64,000 bases of DNA from an uncultured Acidobacteriota bacterium (GCA_963807105.1 CAWEAM010000003.1:1280529-1344528), one strand, 5' to 3'. Positions 39,302 through 48,416 are shown, counted from the first letter of the stretch. Numbers and translations: made by a program. Notes: generated by a model from the letters alone, not told the origin.

Positions 39302-39838
39302 TTAGGGGCGATAGTCGGGCGTGGCTTCGGATGTCTTGACCACGTCACGGCCACCAGTGGCTTCGAGAATCTCCTCTGCTCGTTTGGCCCATGTGTTGTC
39401 GTCGCAGTGCACCGAAATCAAGTAGCCGCCTTCACGAATCCGGCCAGCAAAACGCTTGGCTTCAACCTCTGGAATGCCGGCGCCAATCAGGCCGCCGACC
39501 AGACCACCGGTCGCTCCGGCGGCTCCAGCCCCGGCGAGGGCAGCAACGACCGGCCCAGCCGCCAGAAGCGGTCCAACTCCTGGAATCGCGATAGCTCCAA
39601 TTCCGACAAGCCAACCCAACACGCCACCGACGGCTGCACCCGTACCAGCGCCGGCGGCAATACCTTCCGGCGCCTTCGTGTTGATCTCGTGCGCGAGATC
39701 CTTGGTAGTGCGATCCCGCTCGGGGAGGATCGCGGAGATGTCGCTGTTCCGGAAGTTGGCCGCGCGAAGCGCTTCAAGTGCGCTGTCAAAAGAGAGGCGA
39801 TCTGGGTAGATGCCATACGCAACGATGTCGGTGGCCAT
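39302..39838 (-). CDS. general stress protein, YflT-like N-domain plus glycine-zipper membrane segment
   Basis: MATDIVAYGIYPDRLSFDSALEALRAANF..DISAILPE. Gly/Ala-rich GAAVGGVLGWLVGIGAIAIPGVGPLLAAGPVVAALAGAGAAGATGGLVGGLIGAGIPE. C-terminal EAKRFAGRIREGGYLISVHCD. Confidence 0.7.
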   Translation of the reverse strand: MATDIVAYGIYPDRLSFDSALEALRAANFRNSDISAILPERDRTTKDLAHEINTKAPEGIAAGAGTGAAVGGVLGWLVGIGAIAIPGVGPLLAAGPVVAALAGAGAAGATGGLVGGLIGAGIPEVEAKRFAGRIREGGYLISVHCDDNTWAKRAEEILEATGGRDVVKTSEATPDYRP

Positions 39839-40174
39839 ACGTTACCTCCTTGGTAGAGCTGATCGACCTTTACGACAGACTCACGAGGATCTCTGCGCTC
39901 GCCAGCCTTCTGTGACTCTCCAGCACTAAGTGTGCCGACTCGGGACGCGCGTCGACCAACAACGGCTTGCCATGAATCGTGGACGCACTGGCGCATCCAT
40001 TGCTTTAGTCCCGGAAGTCACTTGAGTAGACGGCGCCAACGGCGTCTCGCGGTTCGAAAGATGTCGCTTTCCGGCCACGATCGTCGAGGTGGTTCGGTGG
40101 AGCGATCGTCAACTCAAGTGAATTGAGGGATTAGTAGGCGCGCCAAAAAACCCCAGCGCCAGGGAGGAAATTTG

Positions 40175-40759
40175 ATGTCCCAGTTGAGTCGTCAGCTCGT
40201 CACTTTAGCACTCTGCCTTCTCGTTACCATCTCAGCGGCTGGCGTCGCTGGGGCGAAGCAGGCGGGCGCCATCAAAGACGGATGGCTGGTCATGAAAGTC
40301 CACTCCGAAATGGTGGACGAAGACGTCCTGAGCGGCAGCAACATCGACGTCGACGTGAAGGACGGCGTCGTGACGCTCCAGGGCACGGTGCCCAGTGACG
40401 CCGCCCGTGCCCGCGCGCTCGAGGTGGCCCGGAAGAACGACGGCGTGAAAAACGTGGTCGATCAGTTGAAGATTGCGCCGGCGCGTGGCAGCAAGACGGA
40501 CAAGACCGCCACCGCCGCGAAAACCACGGGACGCGCCGTGGACGATGGTTGGATCAAGTCCAAGATCTACGCGCAGTACCTGGCTGATTGGAACACCGTT
40601 CTGGACGACAGCGACATCGATGTCGATGTCGAAAACAACGTCGTGACGCTCAGCGGCACGGTCAAGTCCGCCGAGGCGAAAGCGAAGGCCGTCGCCACGG
40701 CGAAGGGGACCGACGGCGTGAAAAGCGTGCGCGACATGCTGAAGGTCGCATCGCGATAA
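40175..40759 (+). CDS. BON-domain (OsmY-like) periplasmic protein
   Basis: agggagg SD. Signal peptide LALCLLVTISAAGVAGA. BON repeats DIDVDVKDGVVTLQGTVPSDAARARALEVARKNDGVKNVVDQLKI and DIDVDVENNVVTLSGTVKSAEAKAKAVATAKGTDGVKSVRDMLKV. Confidence 0.88.
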   Translation: MSQLSRQLVTLALCLLVTISAAGVAGAKQAGAIKDGWLVMKVHSEMVDEDVLSGSNIDVDVKDGVVTLQGTVPSDAARARALEVARKNDGVKNVVDQLKIAPARGSKTDKTATAAKTTGRAVDDGWIKSKIYAQYLADWNTVLDDSDIDVDVENNVVTLSGTVKSAEAKAKAVATAKGTDGVKSVRDMLKVASR

Positions 40760-40780
40760 GCAGCAACATGCCTGAAGGGG

Positions 40781-40799
40781 TGGGGCAAAGGTTGCCCCA
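40781..40799 (+). terminator. hairpin 22 nt after the BON gene stop
   Basis: TGGGGCAA-agg-TTGCCCCA, an 8-bp perfect inverted repeat. No clear U-tract. Confidence 0.4.
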
Positions 40800-40872
40800 T
40801 CTCCGCTGCAGGGATTTAGTGCCGTTCTTTGTGGCAGGGTCTTCTCGATGGCCTGACGCCCACTTCCGACGG

Positions 40873-41076
40873 GTGGCTCGCGTCGATCGAACTCTTTTTA
40901 AAGAATATCTACGGCGCGCGAGCGGAGAGCGTGGGGGCGCGCAAATTTCACCCCGCAGGGTTCAATCGTTGTGTCGAGAGACGGACGAAGACTTCGACGA
41001 ATCGCTTTCGAAGGCAGATGCATCGAAGCGCATCGATGAACTCCGCCAGCGATCGTCGCGGCTGTCGGGGGCGTGA
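40873..41076 (+). CDS. DUF3072-like small protein
   Basis: C-terminal ETDEDFDESLSKADASKRIDELRQRS matches the DUF3072 core (..FD..L(S/T)KAEAS.RIDEL), with GAQ upstream. GTG 40873 chosen because the longer ORF would run through the BON terminator hairpin. Start uncertain. Confidence 0.45.
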   Translation: MARVDRTLFKEYLRRASGERGGAQISPRRVQSLCRETDEDFDESLSKADASKRIDELRQRSSRLSGA

Positions 41077-41371
41077 AATGGAAGTGTTCTATACCAATGT
41101 GCGATATGAGCCAGCAATGCGCAATGCGAGGTGATCTCGGCGGTTAACATTGCCGAGTCGGGGTCGGTGCAGAAACGCTTTGACTCACAGGTGACGCGAG
41201 TGACAGCGCACGGCCACCAGCAGAAACACAGTAAGCGCGCCACTCCGCACTCGTGATGCGCTGCTCGCCGAGTGGCGACCAACAGGGTTGACCGGATGAG
41301 GATTGGGCGTCAGAGAGCGCGCGCGGACGCTAAACCCACTCCATAACACGACCTCGGGTGAACTCACTCAG

Positions 41372-42679
41372 TTAGTTTCGGCCGGACGACGACGCTCGGG
41401 CGGCGACGGTGATTCCGCTCGACTGCGCCGCATCGCTCCTGAAGCGGCCGCGGAAAGATCCATCCTCCGAGAGATACAGTTCGAAGCGTCCGGCGCTCGT
41501 CCGGCGAGCGCCGAACTCCGTGAAATTCAATGCGAGCCGGCTGCCCTCGAGCGTGCCCTCGACTTTGATCGGCGTTCTGCGGCGCGTCGGGAGCGCCGTA
41601 CCGTTCTCGCTGATCTTGTGGCCCTGACCCAGCACCCGGTTCCCGCGCTGCTCGAGCTCGAGGCGAAAGCCGAGCATCAGGTTTTTGTACGCGGCGAACG
41701 CAGCTGACTCCACCTGCGAGGTGACGTTCCACGCTCCGTTAACATTGTTTGCGTTCTCCGGCGTCACGCCGGTTGTAATCGCGGCTGGCTCCTCCGCGGA
41801 TGGTGACGCGGGCGACGGCGCCGCCGGCTCGCCGACCGCGCCCTGGCCGACTGCACGTTCGCTTCGCTGCCCGGCGCTCGGCCGCCCAGCCGCGTTGCTG
41901 GGCGACTTGTGAATGCCCGTCCTGCGACGCGGAAGTCCCGAGTCTCGCGCTGGGCGTGCTGGGTGCGCAGGCGCTCGATCGGCGTCGATCGTGCGAGGCA
42001 CGGACAGTGGCTGCTTGGTCGCTGTGTTCGCGGACGCAGCCGCGTGCGGTCCTCTTGACGGTCCTGCAGCGGGCACAGAGTCCGAGTCTGCCGCGCGGCG
42101 TGGTGAACTACGATCCCTGTTCGCGCTCAGCAGGTATCCCCCGATAATCGCCAGTGCCGACGCGAGAACCAGCGGCGCGAGCGGGACCGATTTGCGGTAT
42201 TTGGTTGGCGGTATGAGCGGAGCGTACGTCGTGCCGACCACTGCCGGCCCAACGGCGTAGGGCGGGTTCATCTCTGCGGCTCTGGTCGGTGGTTCAACGG
42301 GCGACACGAACGCCTCGCCAGCCGAGCTCGTCGTCGGCGGCACTTCGTCGGCCCGGTCGTTTTCCGACTCGAATTCGGCGAGCGCGTCCGTGGTCGCAGG
42401 AATGATGTAAACGTCGAAGGAGGTTTCCGTGGACGCCAGCGCAGCTGGCTCGGGAAGCTCAGAGATGTAGCGGTCCGAAATAACTTCGGGATCGAGCCTG
42501 ACTTCGACGGCGTACGCGCAGACGAACCCCTTCAGATACACGAGCGACGGCAGCCCTGCCGGGTCCGCGCGTTCTATGGCGCTGAGCCGTTCGACACTGA
42601 TTTTCGTGCGCGATGAGATATCGTCGAGAGACAGGCCGAGCGTCAGCCGGGCGTCAGCGAGTTGCTCCGCTGCGGTCAT
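41372..42679 (-). CDS. RodZ-like HTH (XRE/HTH_25) single-pass membrane protein with Pro/Ala-rich linker and C-terminal beta-rich domain
   Basis: MTAAEQLADARLTLGLSLDDISSRTKISVERLSAIERADPAGLPSLVYLKGFVCAYA. TM helix PLAPLVLASALAIIGGYLL. Long low-complexity linker. The unbiased C-terminal ~120 aa read GAWNVTSQVE..RLALNFTEFG..GRFELYLSEDGSFRGRF. Confidence 0.65.
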   Translation of the reverse strand: MTAAEQLADARLTLGLSLDDISSRTKISVERLSAIERADPAGLPSLVYLKGFVCAYAVEVRLDPEVISDRYISELPEPAALASTETSFDVYIIPATTDALAEFESENDRADEVPPTTSSAGEAFVSPVEPPTRAAEMNPPYAVGPAVVGTTYAPLIPPTKYRKSVPLAPLVLASALAIIGGYLLSANRDRSSPRRAADSDSVPAAGPSRGPHAAASANTATKQPLSVPRTIDADRAPAHPARPARDSGLPRRRTGIHKSPSNAAGRPSAGQRSERAVGQGAVGEPAAPSPASPSAEEPAAITTGVTPENANNVNGAWNVTSQVESAAFAAYKNLMLGFRLELEQRGNRVLGQGHKISENGTALPTRRRTPIKVEGTLEGSRLALNFTEFGARRTSAGRFELYLSEDGSFRGRFRSDAAQSSGITVAARASSSGRN

Positions 42680-42903
42680 GTTTCCATGACTGCAAGACCC
42701 GCTCCTCCATGCCCAGACGCGAGCATTCACCACCTGGACCTGAGGAGCACCGAAGAGGCGGCGGATCTCGGCGAATGGCAATCGGTTCTCCGCCATCCAG
42801 GAGCGTAAGTTCTATGGACGGGACTCCTGCGCCACGCGTCTCTCTCCGGCTACGCGACGACAAGAACGCCAACGATTCGTTCGGGAATCACTGACTGACA
42901 AGT

Positions 42904-43092
42904 TCACGTGAGCTGTCCGATAACCTCGAAATGCTCGCTATCGGCGTCGCACTCGTAGTAACGGACGGACTCTGCGCGCGTGCCCACGCTGGTCCCGAGA
43001 AGGGTCGGATCCGAGCCTGTGCGCAGGTGCATCGTGCCGCGACAACCGACATGTGTGCATGGTTTTGTATCCGGATGCTGATTCTGAGCCAT
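42904..43092 (-). CDS. 62-aa zinc-ribbon-like protein
   Basis: ATG 43092 with aggagg 5 nt upstream. MAQNQHPDTKPCTHVGCRGTMHL..VRYYECDADSEHFEV carries a C-x-H-x2-C .. C-x5-H arrangement. Lies immediately upstream of the RodZ-like gene on the same strand. Confidence 0.5.
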   Translation of the reverse strand: MAQNQHPDTKPCTHVGCRGTMHLRTGSDPTLLGTSVGTRAESVRYYECDADSEHFEVIGQLT

Positions 43093-43329
43093 CGGAACCT
43101 CCTGCCTGAATCCGGCCACAATTCTACGCCTCTGGAAGGGCTTTCAACGTTCGCTTGCGGCCTTGCTCGTCGGATTGATTCCGCAGCTCTCAAGCCAGGC
43201 CTTGAGCTGCGCATCGCGTCTCCAATCCGTTACAGGGCGTTCGCGCACGCTCGAAGACGCCGGCGTCACGCACCGCTGAGACAGGTACAGAGCGGCGCGG
43301 TAACCTACTAGGAGACTCCGATTACCCCG

Positions 43330-44722
43330 GTGAGGCAACGAACGGCGGCGGTCGCCCTCATGCTGATGCTCAGCGCGTGCGGCACGACTCGGCCCGATCC
43401 GCCCCGACCCGAACCGCCGCGACCGCCCCAGACCGCGGCGCTCCGGGACGAGCCGTTCGATCTGATCGTCCCGATGCAGGCCATCGCCGCGCCGTGCGCG
43501 CCCGCTTGGCTGGGCCAACTGACACTGGTCGACGGCGCCTATGTCGGCGGCGACGGACAGCCAGTGATCTTCGGCGCCGTCCACGCTGGGGATCTGTTCG
43601 GGCAGTACCACACTCTGGCCGGACAAGGTGCGGGCGCAGCTCCGCAGGTTCCGTGCAGCGGGCTACTCGGTCGTGCGCGTCTGGATCAACGCCAACGACG
43701 AGGGTGCGCCAAACAGCTTCTGGAGCAACAAACCCGTCCCCGCATGGGGACCGCGCGCCACGCCGAACTACGGCGAGAAGCTCGCCCAGTTCGCGAAGGA
43801 TGCCGACGCGGCCTGTCTGCGGATCCACACGGCCGCCGGCGATCTGGTCGGCACGACGCGGCAGCAGGCCGAGGAACTGTTCGACCATCTGGCGGATGCG
43901 ATGGACGCGGCCGGCCCGCACGTCTGGGCGCTGGCCGAGGGCATCAACGAAGCCGGCGGCACCGGCGTGGGGAACAACCCGGGCTACGTCGAGGAGCTCG
44001 TCAACCGCGTGCGCCGTCGACATCCGGGTGTCCTCTACGCGCTCAGTGCCTACAGCGGCCATGCACATCGCGAGCTGCTGTCGGCGTGGACGCCGCACTG
44101 GATGGGATTCGTCTACTCGCACCCGCCGCGCCGCGGGCACTGGTGGGACAAGGTGCGCCACCTGTTCTCGTTCTCGTACGAGGGCGAAGGGCCGCCCGTG
44201 CGACGTAACTGCTGGCACGGCGAACCGTCCGGACCGGGCTACCGTGTCTCCGCCCAGGACTATGCCGACCAACTTGACGACGAAGCGATGGGGCTGCTGG
44301 CCGCACAGTCGGTGACGGCGCGCTGCCAGTGGACCTACATCACGTCGGCCGGGATCGTGTTCGACGAACCGTTCGAGCCGTCGCCGGGCTACTTTGCGAC
44401 GCCGCGCATCCTGACGCGGCTGCCGGCGGACGTCATGCGCTTTGAGCGCCTGCACCATAGCGGGGACACGTTCCGCGCGACGCGCGTGCTGTCCGCCACC
44501 AAGGCCGTGCGCGTGGACGGAGCGCAGGCGAGTGACGGCCGCTTCGTCTACGTCATCTCGGGGCCGTCCGGGCGCCATACGCTGCAAGTACAGCGGTCGT
44601 TCACCGGCACGCTCATTCATCCTGGCACCGGCGAGCAGACGCCTGTGGAGAAGCGCGCCGGCGACGTGCTCGTCGTCGAGTATCTGCGCGGCCGTGTGCT
44701 CGTGGGCCAGGCTGGCGCGTGA
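43330..44722 (+). CDS. lipoprotein, possible clan GH-A (TIM-barrel glycosidase-like), frame broken near 43612
   Basis: Lipobox MRQRTAAVALMLMLSAC in ORF 43330. After ..GDLFGQYH the sense continues in the +1 frame as WPDKVRAQLRRFRAAGYSVVRVWINANDEG..WALAEGINEAGG.. (ORF 43628..44722). The RVW and NE motifs are reminiscent of GH5-like enzymes. The 474-aa antisense ORF is Arg-rich. Confidence 0.55.
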
Positions 44723-44823
44723 CGCGCCGCGAACGGACGCGCTGCGCCAGTCTCGGGGCACCATCTGCGGCGAGCGCATCGCGTGACGCTCCATCCTCCT
44801 GCCGTCAATCGCGACGACGAACA

Positions 44824-44850
44824 GGGGTCGCCGAAATTCGCGGCGACCCC
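44824..44850. terminator. bidirectional stem-loop between convergent genes
   Basis: Perfect 10-bp inverted repeat GGGGTCGCCG / CGGCGACCCC with a 7-nt loop, 10 nt from the catalase stop. Confidence 0.55.
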
Positions 44851-44860
44851 GTGCGCGTGC

Positions 44861-46207
44861 TTACGCCTTCTGCACCGGTTTCCGGGAAGACCGCATCGCC
44901 GCCCCCGTGTTGGCGTCGGTGAGCTCGTCGTCCTTGCTGATGCCGGTTCGTGACTCGGACATCAGCTCGCGCGCAATCTGCGTGAGCAGGCTTTCCGCCG
45001 CTTCCTCTTCGCCGAGCGTCAGATTCAGCAGCAGCGCGACATCGGGACGTCCGATCTGTCCGGCGAGCGTTCGAGCAGTCTTGTAGGACGAGATTTCGTA
45101 GTGCTCCACTTTCTGGGCTGCGGCGATGAGGGCCAAATCGGCTGCTGACGGCTCTTTCTGTTCGCCCTCGGCCATCACTTCTTCGCCTTCTTCGATCAGC
45201 CCTTGCATCCCTCGGCAGGTCTTCGCCTTCTTGTCGATCTCGAGCAGGTCCATGGCCTGCTTCAAACGTTCGACGTGCTCCGCCGTCTGCTGGAGATGCT
45301 GCTCCAGGCAGATGCGAAGCCCGTCCGCCTGCGCGCGCTCGAGCATCTTCGGAATGGCCTTGGTGAGCTGGCCCTCGGCGGACAGGGGATCGCGCAGCTG
45401 CTCGACGAGAAGCTCCTGGAGAAGCTCGGGATCGTCCGTCGTGCTCGTCGTCCGGTGGTCCATTCCGGCGCCCTCTGGGTCCGGTTCGAGCGCTTCACGC
45501 AGGTCCTCGAACGCCGGTGCCACCACCATGGTCCAGGAGTCGCCCTGATTCCAGGGCCCACGGGCGTCGATCTCTCCGTCTTCGCCGCGCCCCGTCGAGT
45601 CGTTGAAGAACTGATCGACGAGCCCCGGAGTGGGAGGCAGCTGGCCGATCTGAAAGCGCGGTTTGCCAAGGCTCTCGAGGGCCGCGGTGAAGGCCTTCAT
45701 ATGGGTGATCTCTCGCGTCATGAGAAACTGCAGCGCGTCGCGGGTTCCCGCATCAGTGGTGAAGTTCATCAACCGCTCGTAGACGATCTTCGCGCGCGCT
45801 TCAGCCGCGATGTTGCTTCGCAGATCGACGTCGAGCTCGCCGGTGATCTTCAAATAGTCCGCCGTCCATGGATTGCCCATCGAATTGTGAAGGTTGATGC
45901 CTCCGCCGCCCGCAATGGCGATCAACGGGTCGGCCTCGGCGGCGTCGCGTTTGAATTTCATAGGCTTGAGATGGAGCCGCGCCAACGCGCCGACCACTTC
46001 GAGATGGCTCAGCTCCTCCGTGCCGATGTCCATCAGCAGGTCCTTCCGTTCGGGATCGTCGCAGTTGAGACCCTGAATCGAGTACTGCATCGCCGCCGCG
46101 AGTTCCCCGTTCGCGCCGCCGAACTGTTCTAGCAACATGTTTCCGAAACGTGGGTCGGCTTCGTCCACACGAACCGTATACATCAGCTTCTTGACGTGGT
46201 GATACAT
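44861..46207 (-). CDS. manganese catalase fused to a C-terminal DUF892 (YciE/F-like) domain
   Basis: N-terminal ~290 aa: LLEQFGGANGELAAAMQYSIQ, EELSHLEVV, TREITHMKAF (Mn-catalase di-metal ligand helices). C-terminal ~150 aa: LVEQLRDPLSAEGQLTKAIPKM..EQHLQQTAEHVERLKQAM..AAAQKVEHYEISSYKT..LGEEEAAESL, colinear with the stand-alone DUF892 gene 34563..35147. Confidence 0.88.
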   Translation of the reverse strand: MYHHVKKLMYTVRVDEADPRFGNMLLEQFGGANGELAAAMQYSIQGLNCDDPERKDLLMDIGTEELSHLEVVGALARLHLKPMKFKRDAAEADPLIAIAGGGGINLHNSMGNPWTADYLKITGELDVDLRSNIAAEARAKIVYERLMNFTTDAGTRDALQFLMTREITHMKAFTAALESLGKPRFQIGQLPPTPGLVDQFFNDSTGRGEDGEIDARGPWNQGDSWTMVVAPAFEDLREALEPDPEGAGMDHRTTSTTDDPELLQELLVEQLRDPLSAEGQLTKAIPKMLERAQADGLRICLEQHLQQTAEHVERLKQAMDLLEIDKKAKTCRGMQGLIEEGEEVMAEGEQKEPSAADLALIAAAQKVEHYEISSYKTARTLAGQIGRPDVALLLNLTLGEEEAAESLLTQIARELMSESRTGISKDDELTDANTGAAMRSSRKPVQKA

Positions 46208-46286
46208 CCTGACTTCCTTTCCTTAACCATCGAATGCCCGCCCTTTCTGGCAGACGGCAACGTGGCCAGGGACTCAGCAAGGATGA

Positions 46287-46523
46287 TGCCCCGACCAGAT
46301 CCCGACGCTCGCGCGAGAGACCGATCGCGCGAGTGCACACGTCGATCTGGGAGAGCTTGCCGCGAAGGTAAAGGTCTTCTCAGACATCCAACGCCATATC
46401 GATTGGCTCTCCGACGACATCGCCCTCGGATTCGATCACATCTATCTTCACAACGTGGCGTGGGAGCATCCGGAGCGCTTCCTCGAGGCGTGTGGGGCGA
46501 CCCTCATCTGGCCTTTGGCCAGA
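46287..46523 (+). pseudogene. C-terminal fragment of an LLM/F420-dependent-type oxidoreductase (tentative)
   Basis: Frame opening after TGA 46284 reads ..AHVDLGELAAKVKVFSDIQRHIDWLSDDIALGFDHIYLHNVAWEHPERFLEACGATLIWPLAR. This resembles the C-terminal end of luciferase-like monooxygenase family proteins (..GFD.(I/L)YLHNV....RFIE.FG..V.P.L). No start codon and no N-terminal barrel. Lies inside the catalase promoter region. Confidence 0.35.
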
Positions 46524-46693
46524 TCGAGACGCCCTACGCGAGACGCGCTACGGTCGAACCATCTCGTAGACGTCCGGTGTAGAGCGTTCGTCGAACTCAC
46601 GACACTCACTGCACTCGGGGGCGCGCGCGTTCCCCGTTCGCCGCGGCACGTCTTTCGCAGTTCGTTTCGGTTGATTGAGAACGAGGTAAACGA

Positions 46694-47314
46694 ATGGCAA
46701 TAACTGGAAGCGAAGACACGACCTGGCAGGGACAAGGAACACGAGCAGCGGATCAAGGGGCTCGGAATGACAGCGAAGGCATCGGCCCGACGCTGCGCGG
46801 CGCGGCCTATCAGAAGCTCACCGATCAGAAGGTGCGCGCCAGCGACACGCTGGGGAGCGTCGCCAGCGCCGTTCGCGGCATGACCGACTCACTTCGCGAT
46901 GGCGGGCAGAGCAGTGTCGCGAACTACGTCAACCAGGCGGCCGACGGGCTCGACCGCTGGGCTGATCGGCTCCGTGAGCGGGATATCGACGACGCCGTTC
47001 GGGCAGTGAATGATTTCGCGCGACGGCAGCCGGTGGTTTTTCTCGGCCTCGCGTTTGGCGCCGGCGCGCTTCTGGCGCGCTTCCTCAAGAGCTCCAGTGC
47101 GGACGATCAGCGGTCGAGTCGCGGGTCTGGCGGCGCCTGGGGAGGGTCGTCGGGGCGTCATGGCGTGGCCAGCGGCAGTGTGCCCCCAGTCGGCGCCGCC
47201 GGCTCGGGCAGGAGCGACGTCGGCGGAACGTCCATCGGCCGTTCTTACCCGGACACTACCGGTGAGACACCGCGGGCGTCCTCGGACATGCCGTCCGCAC
47301 GAGAGGTGCTGTAG
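46694..47314 (+). CDS. membrane-anchored stress protein (ElaB/YqjD-like topology)
   Basis: Helical N-terminal region, one TM (FARRQPVVFLGLAFGAGALLARFL) and a Gly/Ser-rich tail. First gene of a tight three-gene set. Confidence 0.55.
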   Translation: MAITGSEDTTWQGQGTRAADQGARNDSEGIGPTLRGAAYQKLTDQKVRASDTLGSVASAVRGMTDSLRDGGQSSVANYVNQAADGLDRWADRLRERDIDDAVRAVNDFARRQPVVFLGLAFGAGALLARFLKSSSADDQRSSRGSGGAWGGSSGRHGVASGSVPPVGAAGSGRSDVGGTSIGRSYPDTTGETPRASSDMPSAREVL

Positions 47315-47316
47315 CG

Positions 47317-47709
47317 ATGGCCTACACTCCCGACGCGCGGTCGCTCGGCGATCTGTTCGCCGATCTCACCCGCGAGATCACCACCCTCGTCCGGAATGAG
47401 ATGGCGCTCGCCCGTACCGAGATGAGCGCCAACTTGTCCCGGGTGCTGCGCCACGTCGGCGCGATTGCCGCCGGCGGTGTTGTCGCGCTCGCCGGGGTGT
47501 TTACGCTCGCGGCATTCCTCGTGCTCGTCCTGATCCAGGCGGGAATGCCAGCTTGGGCGTCGGCGCTCGTCGTCGGCATCGCGCTCGCTGCCGTTGGAGC
47601 GATGGTGGCGATGCGCGCAATTGCCGCGCTCCGGCAGGAGAACCTGGCGCCCACCGAGACCATCCAAACCTTGAAGGAGACCACCGCATGGAAAAGCCAG
47701 GCCAACTGA
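47317..47709 (+). CDS. Holin-X / YqjE-like (DUF1469) membrane protein
   Basis: Starts 3 nt after the previous stop. SLGDLFADLTREITTLVRNEMALARTEMSANL followed by two TM helices. Confidence 0.75.
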   Translation: MAYTPDARSLGDLFADLTREITTLVRNEMALARTEMSANLSRVLRHVGAIAAGGVVALAGVFTLAAFLVLVLIQAGMPAWASALVVGIALAAVGAMVAMRAIAALRQENLAPTETIQTLKETTAWKSQAN

Positions 47710-48416
47710 ATGCCGCGGATGAGAGTTCCGATCAGGAAGTCCGGCAGCTGAAGGCGGAGATCTCGGAAAACCAGGCGCAGCTGCAAGAAACCGTCGCTGA
47801 AATTCAGGAGCGGCTCAGCCCAACTCATCTCAAAGAACAGGCGACGACCGCAGTGCGAGACGCCACCGTCGGGAGGGTCGAGAACATGATGAATCGCGCA
47901 GGAGAAACAGCCGGGCAGATGCGGCGGACGACGCGTCGAGCCGCCGAGCAAGTCGGGTCCGATATCGGCAGTAATCCTGTCCCTTATGCCCTTATTGCGC
48001 TCGGCGCCGCGTGGCTGCTGGTCAACAGACAGTCGCCCCGCCGCTCGGACGATGACGAACACGGTCGCTCGGGATTCGACAGCACAGACGATTCGCCATC
48101 CGGTGCAACCGCCTCCTCGTCGATCAGCCGGCGGGGAACGAGCGTGGGCCGTTGGCAGACCACGGCGCGCGATCGTGCCAGGGACGTCGCTTACACCGCC
48201 CGCGGGCGCTTCGAGACGATGCTGAACGAGAATCCGCTGGTACTGGGCGTCGCCGCCATGGCGACCGGAGCTCTCGTCGCCGCAGCTCTGCCCGCCACGG
48301 AGGTGGAACAGCGCTACATGGGTGAGGCAAGCGAGACTCTCGTGGAATCGGCCAAAGAGGCCGCGCAAGACGCGGTGGAGAAGGTCACAGGGAGTAGCTC
48401 CCAACCGCCAGCCTAG
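47688..48416 (+). CDS. DUF3618-domain protein
   Basis: ATG 47688 preceded by aaggaga. Overlaps the previous gene by 22 nt. EVRQLKAEISENQAQLQETVAEIQERLSPTHLKEQ, central TM NPVPYALIALGAAWLLV, second hydrophobic segment NPLVLGVAAMATGALVAAAL. Confidence 0.7.
   Translation: MEKPGQLNAADESSDQEVRQLKAEISENQAQLQETVAEIQERLSPTHLKEQATTAVRDATVGRVENMMNRAGETAGQMRRTTRRAAEQVGSDIGSNPVPYALIALGAAWLLVNRQSPRRSDDDEHGRSGFDSTDDSPSGATASSSISRRGTSVGRWQTTARDRARDVAYTARGRFETMLNENPLVLGVAAMATGALVAAALPATEVEQRYMGEASETLVESAKEAAQDAVEKVTGSSSQPPA

Noticed and set aside
40768-40872. Longer version of the DUF3072-like ORF starting at ATG 40768 (or at 40588, inside the BON gene)
   Set aside because: The extension is Arg-rich, runs through the BON terminator hairpin, and would make the protein ~35 aa longer than the family norm. 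The shorter GTG 40873 start is preferred, though still uncertain.
43370-44794. Very long antisense or alternative-frame ORFs. Examples: 43370..44794, 19506..21281, 22258..23775, 24750..26153, 5379..6578, 9358..10413, 48385..49278, 16376..17362, 37301..38014.
   Set aside because: All are Arg/Pro/Gly/Ala-rich with no recognisable motifs, and each lies opposite or overlapping a gene with clear family signatures. These are typical stop-codon-poor shadow ORFs of high-GC DNA.
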